Positions 47,485 to 56,486 of a stretch of 64,000 nt of DNA are shown here, in pieces. The first letter of the stretch is position 1. Each line of letters starts with the position of its first letter. The DNA is from Candidatus Obscuribacteraceae bacterium (GTDB lineage: Bacteria; Cyanobacteriota; Vampirovibrionia; Obscuribacterales; Obscuribacteraceae): positions 579,722 through 643,721 of the forward strand of contig JBGAHS010000006.1 of assembly GCA_044226015.1 (NCBI GenBank), given 5' to 3'. Made by a program: the position numbers and the translations under genes. The notes under the pieces were generated by a model. That model saw nothing but the letters and a program-made list of their open reading frames with translations. It was not told the DNA's origin and did not search any database.

Positions 47485-48165
47485 TTACTTTTCGAACACT
47501 TCCTTGCCCGAAGATGCAACCGTACAACCTTTCTTGTTGCCGAAACGAGTCTGAATTTCAAAGGAAAGGTTGCCGCCAGCACGAGGCTGAAGACTGATTG
47601 CAGTCACTGGAATATCGCCAAGGATAGTGTCAGCATTTACACCTTTTGCTTTTAGCTCTAGCTTCCCATCTTTGGAAACAGGAGTGAGTGAAAATTCGAA
47701 GCGAGATGCAGGCGCTGAAGAATTCTTCTCACCAAAGATTATCGAGTTGCCTGAACCATCACCTTTTGTGATTGGCTTGGCCAGAGAGAAAACAGTAGCA
47801 TCGCCCTCATGCCTGACTTTATCAATACCGTTTTTTTTGAGAAGACGAGCAGCTTCAGCGTCAAATGCGGAATCGAATTGATCCTTCTTAACCTCAGTTC
47901 CGTCCGCCTTCTCTGCCATTGTACTTGCCAAATCAAAAAGGTTATGCAGCTCGGATTTTCCCTCCTTCATCGCCGTTTTTGATTCATTGCCATCTTCAAT
48001 CTCTTTTGGCTGCTCGCAGGCAGCAATACTATCTGGCTCTGGCGGCGTGCTTACTTCATCTAGAGCTTTCCTGGAAGCATCCTGATTTGCTTTGCTGGCA
48101 TGGTCGAGCTCAACGGCTAATTCACCAAGAGCGTAAAGAATCTCATCAGATCCCACGGTCTTCAC
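47485..48165 (-). CDS. hypothetical protein
   Basis: 226-aa ORF with GTG start filling the intergenic space; acidic disordered N-half, beta-rich C-half. Confidence 0.65.
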   Translation of the reverse strand: MKTVGSDEILYALGELAVELDHASKANQDASRKALDEVSTPPEPDSIAACEQPKEIEDGNESKTAMKEGKSELHNLFDLASTMAEKADGTEVKKDQFDSAFDAEAARLLKKNGIDKVRHEGDATVFSLAKPITKGDGSGNSIIFGEKNSSAPASRFEFSLTPVSKDGKLELKAKGVNADTILGDIPVTAISLQPRAGGNLSFEIQTRFGNKKGCTVASSGKEVFEK

Positions 48166-48377
48166 CTCGAAAGGTTAACAGTTGATAGTAAACGTATCCT
48201 CAAGGAAACTACATTTCACGTGAAAAGAGCGTGAACCGAGCTGATTTAAGTAATCATCTGGCGCTAATTTAAGTCCAAAACGGGGCTTTCATTACGCGAA
48301 CCACACTGCCTGCGGTACTACAGCAAACAGCATGGTGATCAAAGCGAGAATTCGCGTGAATCAGTTTAGTAATGAGC

Positions 48378-48929
48378 CTATGCTGTAGGTATCTTGTCGT
48401 CGAATTGGGCGTTCACGATTGGGATTCCCCGACCAGAAAGGAAATCCATAACATCTTGCGATTGACTTCCCAGCTGCCATAGTGGAATTTCCATCACCGT
48501 ATATGGTGCGTGAAGAATTACTGTGCTGCTATCAGTATAGGGATAGTACTCAGCATATTTCACATCATCGAGTAAAACCATTTGCGTTGACTTTTTGTGG
48601 TGCAGCTTATCGAGAACTGTCAAAACAGCCTCAGAATGGTTCACTTCCAGAATGTAGAGTCGTTGACTGTCCTCAACAATTCGGTAGACCATGTATCCCA
48701 TGTATGCACAGTACGCAAGCGTGCACAATGCAGTCATCACGCCCCACATTATTGCGGATAAGGTGCCCTGGAAAATCAGCATGACTGATACTGTTAACCA
48801 GGCAATAGAGAAGCCAAAGCCAATTGCCAGAGCGACTATCATAGGATACAAACCGGGACGCGACTTAAATGGTCCGGAGACCATCTTCAATCCACTTCCA
48901 TCTATAATCTGAACCATGGCGAGCACCAA
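48378..48929 (-). CDS. hypothetical membrane protein (2 TM + soluble domain)
   Basis: Two hydrophobic helices followed by a beta-rich domain. Confidence 0.7.
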   Translation of the reverse strand: MVLAMVQIIDGSGLKMVSGPFKSRPGLYPMIVALAIGFGFSIAWLTVSVMLIFQGTLSAIMWGVMTALCTLAYCAYMGYMVYRIVEDSQRLYILEVNHSEAVLTVLDKLHHKKSTQMVLLDDVKYAEYYPYTDSSTVILHAPYTVMEIPLWQLGSQSQDVMDFLSGRGIPIVNAQFDDKIPTA

Positions 48930-49009
48930 ATATTATTTAAGTGGTTATGCCCGGATTACGACGCTTTCAAAACGCCTTCGTTTCAATTACGCAGAACTTC
49001 TAAGAATGC

Positions 49010-50575
49010 TCAGTTGAAATACGTCGCAAGAGCAAATGCAAATGAGCCACCGTTCCACAGACCATGCGCAATCATTGATGGCACTAAACTTCTAGTTCTC
49101 TCCAGAGCGAGAGCCAGCACTGGTCCCAACCCCAAAAGCATAAGCATGCCTCCGAGGTCGCAGTGAATTCCCGCGAAGATGAACGCGCTGATGAGTACCG
49201 CAGGTAACACTCCAATTTTGTATCGCAAGGCTGAATACAAAAATCCTCGAAAAATTATCTCTTCACAGATAGGAGCAAGAACAGCCACAGTACTCAAAAG
49301 TATGGTGATAGCAAGAACATCTCTTGAACCGGCGATAGCAGCTATCTGAGCTAAGACAGGATTATCGGAACCTTGCGAACCAATTGTCGTACTTGCTATC
49401 GCCATAACCAATACACAAGGAATAATCGCGCTCCACGAGAGGTAACCGTAAAGCATCAACTTGAAAGGACCGGCGGTTGAAGTTTCAAACCTTACGCGCA
49501 TCGCTTGCCAGAAGCTAACTCCCGCAGGTTTGACAGCAAGCAGATAGATCAGAATAAGAGCCGGAAGCATTGTGATCGTGTACGACACAAAAGAGAATAA
49601 GCATATTCCAACTGGATTTGAACCAAGAGAAAAGAGATTTTTTGGCATTGCCTTCATAAGCTCAGCAATGCCCAACTGGCTGCACATCCAGCCAACAAAA
49701 ACTGCATAGATAGTTCGATAAGACACATTCAAATGGAAGTTTTTTTCGTCTGGAACCGGTGGTGCTTCCTTTCGGGCCAAGGTACCCAAATGAATAATGA
49801 TCACGACCAAACCTACAAAAGCAGACATGCCACCAATCGTGAAAAGACAAATACCAAGACAAAAACCAGCCATGCATTTGTCTTCAATTTCTCTGGCGAA
49901 TTTAAGGAAAGTTTGCCTGTCTGCAGTAGCCTTGTAGAGTGCTAGAAAGGCTTGATCGCGGTACCAGCCCTTCATAAGCTTGGACTCGATTATTTTCTTG
50001 CTCGGCTCAATTGCGGGCTTTTCTGCGGATTTCTTTTCCACGCAAGTCAGCCAGAGAATTCTGCCGAGTTCGTGGTCTGGTTCCTCTTTGGAAGAACGAA
50101 GTTGCTCGCAAGTAGACTTCATTAAGTCGGCATGCTTTCCCCATGCATTGAGTAGGAGCACAAGTTTTGCTTTAGCAGCATTGTCTTCTGGACGATCGGC
50201 AATTACTTCTTTAAGTGCGCTTTCTGTTTTCTTGAAGTACTCATTGAGACCAGAGCTACTAACCTCTATAGCGCTGTGCTCTTGCCCCTTACTGTCTTTC
50301 AGACTTCCAAACAACTCATAGAATTTCGATATACCTATATTCACGTTAGTCATGAGCTTCAGGGTTGACTCAGCGTGTTCAGCTGTAGCAAGCGCCTGAG
50401 ATCTTGCCAACCTGGATTCACCACCAATCAGTTGCTGAAAAAACAACAAGGTGCCTATAGTGCAAGCAAGCAGAGTAATGTTTCCGATTAAGTGCCTGAC
50501 CCTGTCTCTCGTGAAAAACAGCGAAGCCGTCAAAGCCAGTACGACAAGTACTACAAAACCACTAATATGAGGCAC
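49010..50575 (-). CDS. CPBP (Abi/CAAX) family intramembrane metalloprotease
   Basis: APICEEIIFRGFL, FAGIH, AHGLWN. Confidence 0.9.
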   Translation of the reverse strand: MPHISGFVVLVVLALTASLFFTRDRVRHLIGNITLLACTIGTLLFFQQLIGGESRLARSQALATAEHAESTLKLMTNVNIGISKFYELFGSLKDSKGQEHSAIEVSSSGLNEYFKKTESALKEVIADRPEDNAAKAKLVLLLNAWGKHADLMKSTCEQLRSSKEEPDHELGRILWLTCVEKKSAEKPAIEPSKKIIESKLMKGWYRDQAFLALYKATADRQTFLKFAREIEDKCMAGFCLGICLFTIGGMSAFVGLVVIIIHLGTLARKEAPPVPDEKNFHLNVSYRTIYAVFVGWMCSQLGIAELMKAMPKNLFSLGSNPVGICLFSFVSYTITMLPALILIYLLAVKPAGVSFWQAMRVRFETSTAGPFKLMLYGYLSWSAIIPCVLVMAIASTTIGSQGSDNPVLAQIAAIAGSRDVLAITILLSTVAVLAPICEEIIFRGFLYSALRYKIGVLPAVLISAFIFAGIHCDLGGMLMLLGLGPVLALALERTRSLVPSMIAHGLWNGGSFAFALATYFN

Positions 50576-50622
50576 AAGTATTTCCGATGAACTAGTAACG
50601 CTAACTCGTTACCAATTCTAAC

Positions 50623-50913
50623 TTAGTCGCCGCCAAATTCACCCATGGCTCCAAACCCGGAGAATTCTCCGTAGTCCCCAAAGCCTTCCATGCCTCCGAA
50701 GCCTGTGCCTACGTCATACAGGAAGTTTTCGTTGTCTTCGGCATAGAAGCCCGGGTCGGACTTCGGAACGGAATCAGGATAGTAGCCCCAGGGGAAGCCT
50801 TTACGTAGCTTCCTGTGGGTCAAAAATCGGGGCAGCTTGGCCAAGCCCAGCCCGAAAATCAAAGCTGTCACAATAATGAACTCTGTGATCAGTATATTGT
50901 TCCATTGCAACAT
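50623..50913 (-). CDS. small membrane protein with Gly/Phe/acidic tail
   Basis: AGGATG upstream; N-terminal TM; C-terminus GFGGMEGFGDYGEFSGFGAMGEFGGD. Confidence 0.65.
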   Translation of the reverse strand: MLQWNNILITEFIIVTALIFGLGLAKLPRFLTHRKLRKGFPWGYYPDSVPKSDPGFYAEDNENFLYDVGTGFGGMEGFGDYGEFSGFGAMGEFGGD

Positions 50914-51061
50914 AGTGGCATCCTAACTAATATGGCTCAAACAGGCATGCTAAGAGTTTGCAACGGCAAAGTCAATGGGAATGCTACGACTTAAGCTGGA
51001 TGGCAAACAGAACCCTGATGCCACCTATATTTCAAATCGATATAAAACGTAGGAATACTAA

Positions 51062-51268
51062 CTACTCAGAATCACTAAGTATAGCTATCTTTTGATTGCC
51101 AACCTGATTGACTGACATACGAGTGGTCTGAGTTCTCTTGAACTGCTCGATGTAGCGGCGCAACGCTTCTCTTATCAAATCTGAACGATTTCTGTGCTCC
51201 ACTTGAGCCACGAAATCAATTTGTTCGAGCAAACCGGGAGGAAGAGCCACAAGCACTTTCTTTGGCAT
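51062..51268 (-). CDS. CopG/ribbon-helix-helix transcriptional regulator
   Basis: KKVLVALP..LLEQID..A....NRSDLIREALRRY. Confidence 0.88.
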   Translation of the reverse strand: MPKKVLVALPPGLLEQIDFVAQVEHRNRSDLIREALRRYIEQFKRTQTTRMSVNQVGNQKIAILSDSE

Positions 51269-51622
51269 TCGGACGACCTTACAAAATAATCGATGGGTAA
51301 CTATTACGAAAAATGAACTTAAATGTTCGCTCGGAGCCGACCCTGACGAACAAGCAAATTACTCAGTACAATCTACACTCATCACACATCTTTTTGAAGA
51401 GGCGAAACGCCCATAAATCGCTGAAAGGTCGAAACTAATATAAAAGGTTTTTTGGAAAACCGGAAACGGCTACGTAGCAAGATCATCGTCGCAAGCGGGT
51501 TTTCATATAGAGTGACACAACTCTACAAGGTTGATTTAATTAGTCTTCTTGGATATATCCAAAATAGATCCGCATAAATAGCGGCTTTTCATCACAAAAA
51601 AACTGAAAGAGCAGAATCAACA

Positions 51623-52666
51623 ATGTCTTCAGCATCTGGAAAACTCACAGCAAACATTAAAGCACAGGGTTGTGCGGCTAAATTAAGCCCTCTCGAGCTT
51701 TCGCAAATTCTGCGCTCAATGCCTAGCTTTGATTCACCGAATCTACTCTGCGGAAACAAGAACTTTGAAGACGCCGCTGTCTATAAAATAGATGATGATT
51801 TAGCAATTGTTTCGACGATTGATTTCTTTCCTCCAGTTATCGACGATCCCTATTTATATGGAAGGATTGCCGCTGTAAATGCCCTATCAGATATTTACGC
51901 AATGGGTGGCAAACCTTTATTTGCTCTCAACGTTTTTTGTTTTCCAACTTGTGACTACCCTCTTTCGATAGCAGAAGCAATCATCGCTGGAGGCGCATCA
52001 GCGGTAAAAGATGCCGACTGCTTGCTAGTCGGTGGACATAGTATTCAGGCAAGCGAACCTATATATGGACTAGCCGTCACTGGCGCAATCTCGCCGAAGA
52101 AGATATTGAGCAACGATGCAGCAAAATCGGGCGACGCGCTGATTCTCTGTAAGGCACTTGGAAGCGGGGTGGCTTTGTTGTCTTACAAAGGTGAGCAACT
52201 CAGTGAGACTGCCTTCCAGGAGCTGACGGCAAGCTTGACGCGCCTGAATAAGGAATGCCTGGAGATTGCCTTGAAATTCAATCTGCATGCGGCAACAGAT
52301 ATAACCGGCTTTGGACTGATCGGACACGTACATGAGATGGCAAAAGCAAGCGCACTGAAAGCAGTTATAGAAAGTAGTAAATTGCCACTCTTACCCGAGG
52401 TTCTCGTATGTGCAGAAATGGGCTTGGTTCCTGCAGCAGCATATGCAAACCGCAAATCGTATTCATCTATATGCTCTTTCGATAACAATGTTTCACTTGC
52501 AGTGAGTGACATAATGTTTGATCCCCAAACTTCAGGCGGACTATTACTAGCTGTGAATGCGGCCGAAGCAAGGTCACTTTGTGATTCCTTGAGAGCAGCT
52601 GATTGGCCAGCAGAAATCATTGGGAATTTTAGGGATGGCGAAGCAGGAACGGTGGAGATTCAATAA
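51623..52666 (+). CDS. selD: selenide, water dikinase (selenophosphate synthetase), Cys-type
   Basis: GCAAK (TGT Cys), EDAAVY, DFFPP..DDP, NALSDIYAMGG, GGHS, TDITGFGL.GH, DPQTSGGLL. Confidence 0.96.
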   Translation: MSSASGKLTANIKAQGCAAKLSPLELSQILRSMPSFDSPNLLCGNKNFEDAAVYKIDDDLAIVSTIDFFPPVIDDPYLYGRIAAVNALSDIYAMGGKPLFALNVFCFPTCDYPLSIAEAIIAGGASAVKDADCLLVGGHSIQASEPIYGLAVTGAISPKKILSNDAAKSGDALILCKALGSGVALLSYKGEQLSETAFQELTASLTRLNKECLEIALKFNLHAATDITGFGLIGHVHEMAKASALKAVIESSKLPLLPEVLVCAEMGLVPAAAYANRKSYSSICSFDNNVSLAVSDIMFDPQTSGGLLLAVNAAEARSLCDSLRAADWPAEIIGNFRDGEAGTVEIQ

Positions 52667-53275
52667 ATGACTGAGCAATTAGACCTCAGAGGGCAAGCTT
52701 GTCCTCAACCAGTGTTAGCTACCAAACGTTTCCTGGACAAAAAAGAAAACGACAGCGTAGAAGCTCTGGTTGATGATGAGGTTTGCGTAAGCAATCTTGA
52801 GCGCCTGGCACGTACTTTGAATGCAAGTTGTTCAGTTCAAAACCATGGCAATCATTTCGCTGTTCAAATTAGCAAAAACGGCGAGACATTGACCGAGCAC
52901 TCAAACTCAGCAGAAAAAGGCGTGCAACAAAAGCAGAAATCAGGCACAGTTATCTTTATTAGTAAGGATCAACTTGGTCAAGGTGACATTGAATTCAGTC
53001 AAACACTACTGGACGTTTTCTTGCAATCATATCTGGAAGGTGGACACTGCCCGCAGGCTATTCTGCTGGCAAACAGCGGAGTGAAACTACTCGCCCAAAA
53101 TGCACGCAGCAAAAAGGTGCTGGAAGACTTCCGTGAACGAGGCAGCGAAGTTCTAGCATGTGGACTTTGCGTCGAGTACTACGGCTTAAAAGCTGAGATA
53201 GACGCAAAACAAATCACCAACATGTTTGCGATTTGCGAGTATTTGAATGCTGCAGAAAAATTGATTCAGTTCTGA
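52667..53275 (+). CDS. yedF: sulfurtransferase-like selenium metabolism protein YedF (TusA/SirA + DsrE domains)
   Basis: LDLRGQACPQPV, LANSGVKL, LACGLCVEYY, ITNM; abuts selD. Confidence 0.9.
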   Translation: MTEQLDLRGQACPQPVLATKRFLDKKENDSVEALVDDEVCVSNLERLARTLNASCSVQNHGNHFAVQISKNGETLTEHSNSAEKGVQQKQKSGTVIFISKDQLGQGDIEFSQTLLDVFLQSYLEGGHCPQAILLANSGVKLLAQNARSKKVLEDFRERGSEVLACGLCVEYYGLKAEIDAKQITNMFAICEYLNAAEKLIQF

Positions 53276-53280
53276 CGAAC

Positions 53281-53415
53281 TCAGTCCATGCCGAAGTCGC
53301 CCTTAAAGACTTTGAGGAACAGCACAATTGAGCCTACTGCCAGCAAAATCAACAGAATGACTGCAAAATCACAAGAGCCCATGATTATGTTTCTCAAGTT
53401 TACTAACTGTCCCAT
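53281..53415 (-). CDS. small single-TM protein (44 aa), below the ORF-track cutoff
   Basis: GGGAG SD; MGQLVNLRNIIMGSCDFAVILLILLAVGSIVLFLKVFKGDFGMD; fills the gap between yedF and the PfkB gene. Confidence 0.55.
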   Translation of the reverse strand: MGQLVNLRNIIMGSCDFAVILLILLAVGSIVLFLKVFKGDFGMD

Positions 53416-53473
53416 AACTCGGCTCCCTGCAATCACCCTCAAGACAGAATAGTAATAGCAAAGTTTAGAAGTA

Positions 53474-54466
53474 TTATGTTTGTAGTGAGGTTTTTCCCAC
53501 GGCTAAATTTAGTTCATCCTTTGTGGGGAAACGCTCGGTAGCACTGTGAGCACGGGTAACCATAGCCCCAGCACAAGAACCATAGCGGCATAGCGCGGTC
53601 CATTCACTAATAGACAACGAGTACAATGTCTCGCGTTGCTGTCCAGAACTTCCCAACGTAGTCAATCCGTAAATCAGTCCCGCTGAGAAAGCATCGCCTG
53701 GACCTACGTCTCCGACCGAGTCGACTACAAATGGTGGACAGAATGCTGACTCCTTTTCTGTGAAGAGCCAGGCTCCACGCTCTGCAAGTGTGATGATAAT
53801 TACGGCAGCACGCAAATCTTCTCGAAGCTTCCTTGCACAAATTGCAGGTTCAGTACCGAAAGGCAAATTTGACCAGTAAGCAGCTTCAGCCAGGTTGAAG
53901 CGCACAATGTCGGCTAGCTGCATTGCTTTCCATGCAGCTTTGCGCCCAGAATCAGATTCGACAAGTGGAAAGCAAGCATCATAGGAAACTATTTTCCTGT
54001 TTCGATGAGCCCCCTCTACCGCTGCCATCATCGCATACCGTCTCGGTGTAGCAAGAAATGACACAGCCGCAAGATGCCAGAGCCAGGAGTCTGCGAAAAA
54101 CTCTTCCTTCACATCGTCAGCAGACAAAGTCTTAGATGCATTTGGACTGGGCCAGGCGTAATAGTCAGGACTTCCATCTGGCTGCCGCACCATGTAGCAC
54201 TGCGCAGTTGGTTGTACAGGGTCTCTGCCCACCCAGCTTGAGTCTACGTTTTCCATTGCCAGACGAGACAGCAGATAATCGGCATGAACGTCGACCCCGA
54301 CTTTACTTAGTATGGCCGACTTCAGTCCTAAACGAGAAAGACCTACAGCTACATTGGAAGCGTTGCCTCCAAGATAGCGATAAAACTTGGTGGCAGTCAT
54401 CATGCTTTCGCCGCATTCGAGCGAAAGCCAGTCGACCGCTAATTCACCAATGGATACCGCTTTCAA
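53474..54466 (-). CDS. PfkB family carbohydrate kinase
   Basis: IGELAVD, GGNASNVAVGLSRLG, ITLAERG, GPGDAFSAG. Confidence 0.9.
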   Translation of the reverse strand: MKAVSIGELAVDWLSLECGESMMTATKFYRYLGGNASNVAVGLSRLGLKSAILSKVGVDVHADYLLSRLAMENVDSSWVGRDPVQPTAQCYMVRQPDGSPDYYAWPSPNASKTLSADDVKEEFFADSWLWHLAAVSFLATPRRYAMMAAVEGAHRNRKIVSYDACFPLVESDSGRKAAWKAMQLADIVRFNLAEAAYWSNLPFGTEPAICARKLREDLRAAVIIITLAERGAWLFTEKESAFCPPFVVDSVGDVGPGDAFSAGLIYGLTTLGSSGQQRETLYSLSISEWTALCRYGSCAGAMVTRAHSATERFPTKDELNLAVGKTSLQT

Positions 54467-54879
54467 CCTGCTAGCTGTGTGCTTTTGCCTCTAATCTCGA
54501 GGACTTTGGGATATAACGTATAAGCCGGTTTGATGACCGGTAGCAGTGCCAGAGCCTTAGGTGTAGGTCCTTTCGATACGATTTTACCCATCATCAAAGC
54601 CATCGGTACGTTGACTTTGCCCAGCCAAAAGTCGTGGGCGATATCGGCTTTCATGGACATCTCAATCAATGGCTTGAGTTCTGTCTTGCCGACGAATATT
54701 TTCATTTCCTGTCCATCTGAACAATCGATTGTAATCAACCCTTCCGGCTCGCGATAACGGAATTGCACAATCAAACGAGATTCGACAAGCTTCTCAGCCA
54801 TCTCGGGAGTACTCTTGATTTCTCTCCAGAGATCTTCCATTACTTGTTGAAGCTCGTCTGTTGAAGTGAATACGGACAT
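54463..54879 (-). CDS. SCP2 sterol-binding domain protein
   Basis: MKAD..HDFWLGKVNVPMALMMGKIVSKG....LALLP, an SCP2-like signature. Confidence 0.8.
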   Translation of the reverse strand: MSVFTSTDELQQVMEDLWREIKSTPEMAEKLVESRLIVQFRYREPEGLITIDCSDGQEMKIFVGKTELKPLIEMSMKADIAHDFWLGKVNVPMALMMGKIVSKGPTPKALALLPVIKPAYTLYPKVLEIRGKSTQLAG

Positions 54880-56183
54880 CAGTAGGCCCCCTTTATGATG
54901 CTGATCAAATCCTCGGCACTTGCCTCTCTAGGATTGAACATAATAGCCGGATCTGTCATTGCTGTGTCTGCAAGTTCTTGCAAATCATCCTGGTTCAGTT
55001 CAGGAACCCCAACATCTCTGAGTTTTGTTGGAAGAGAGCATCGCTCGAGGAGATCTCGAACGGCTTTCACAAGATAGTAAGCGGACTCGCGTTCATCAGC
55101 ACCAAGAACAAATTTATCAGATAGTTGTGGATCAGCGCTAGGGCTCTTGGAGAAAGCAGTACATAGATAAGCCCAGGCATCTGCATATCGTTGGGATGAG
55201 GCTTCGATATTAAACTCCATTCCAAAAGGTAGAAAAATGGCATTTACAATGCCGTGATGAACAGAATATTTAGCTCCCACAGTGTGAGCTAATGCATGCA
55301 CAACGCCAACGCCTGAATTGGTAAAAGCCATTCCAGCCATAGTGCTAGCCAACAAGGTGCATGACCTCGCTTCCATGTCATCACCAGATTTGGTGGCTTG
55401 AGCGAGATTTGCCATAAGCAAGTAGAGGGCATGCATAGCAAGCGAATCAGAAAGTGGATTAGAGCAATTTGCCACGATCGCTTCGAGTGCATGAGTGACT
55501 GCATCTAAGCCAGTAGCAGCAGTCAATCTTGCTGGCAGGCTGGTCAGCAGCGCAGGGTCGAGAATTGCTGAATTTGCAAATAGAAACCTGCTACCAAACA
55601 AAAGTTTCTTGCTGGTTGTATGGTCTTTTATCATCGCAACGGCAGATACTTCCGACCCAGTTCCAGCAGTGGTTGGAACTGCCACCATCGGGTTCAGCGC
55701 TGCACTGAGGCTGTTTATGCCTTCAAAGTTCATGAAATCTTCGCCAGTAGAGAGTCCAATATTAACCACTTTGGCAGTGTCGATTACCGAGCCACCACCT
55801 ACGGCGACCACAGAATCACAAGACGAATTTCGTCCCAACTCGATTGCTCTTCTCACACAATCGACATCGCTGTCCGACGGCACGTCCTGAAAAATAGGAA
55901 TTTCACCAAATGATTCGAGGGCATCCATAACAGGCTTCAGGACGCCCTTTTGCACAAGTACGCTATCGGTCACGAGTAGCGGCTTGCTCGCGCCCAGCTC
56001 ACTCAGCATGTCACCAACTGCAGTGGCAGTCCCTTCGCCAAAAATAATTCGCGTCGGACTAATAAAGGTAAATGGGTTTAGTAGATGATTCCAAGTGGAC
56101 AAGATTAGTATTTTCTTTGACACAGGAACAATTGCTTTCTTACGAACATCAGCATAACAGAGAAAGCAGGAACGCGATGTCAA
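54879..56183 (-). CDS. iron-containing alcohol dehydrogenase
   Basis: PTRIIFGEG, GGGSVIDTAK, PTTAGTGSE, DAVTHALE, HALAH, HHG. The true start is probably downstream of 56183. Confidence 0.93.
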   Translation of the reverse strand: MTSRSCFLCYADVRKKAIVPVSKKILILSTWNHLLNPFTFISPTRIIFGEGTATAVGDMLSELGASKPLLVTDSVLVQKGVLKPVMDALESFGEIPIFQDVPSDSDVDCVRRAIELGRNSSCDSVVAVGGGSVIDTAKVVNIGLSTGEDFMNFEGINSLSAALNPMVAVPTTAGTGSEVSAVAMIKDHTTSKKLLFGSRFLFANSAILDPALLTSLPARLTAATGLDAVTHALEAIVANCSNPLSDSLAMHALYLLMANLAQATKSGDDMEARSCTLLASTMAGMAFTNSGVGVVHALAHTVGAKYSVHHGIVNAIFLPFGMEFNIEASSQRYADAWAYLCTAFSKSPSADPQLSDKFVLGADERESAYYLVKAVRDLLERCSLPTKLRDVGVPELNQDDLQELADTAMTDPAIMFNPREASAEDLISIIKGAY

Positions 56184-56486
56184 GAAGAGCCCCCCTCATC
56201 CAATCTCCCAAGCGTTTCTGCTTTCTCATTTCGTTTTTGCAAAATTTTTTAAATCAACCTAATGCAAAACTAATTCGCAATGTTGTCTACGTAAAACATC
56301 TCTAGAAGGCGGTTTTTTGAGTAATTGACAGCCTCTCCAAGGTCAAATTGACTATGTTTCAGGTTTTAAGGAGGTAGAAGGTTGTACGATAGGCTGAGAG
56401 AAATCGGCAAAGTTTCAGGTTGCCCTGAAAACAGGTCGAATTGGAAATGCGAGGCATCACTTTTGTTGGAAGCAAAGAAAAGCAAA

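Noticed and set aside
51342..51410. Hammerhead-like CTGACGA...GAAAC
   Set aside because: The intervening ~55 nt do not form the required stem II, and no convincing stems I or III are present.
51623..53275. Selenocysteine (UGA) recoding in selD or a selD-yedF fusion
   Set aside because: The active-site codon is TGT (Cys), the junction stop is TAA, and I saw no in-frame TGA.
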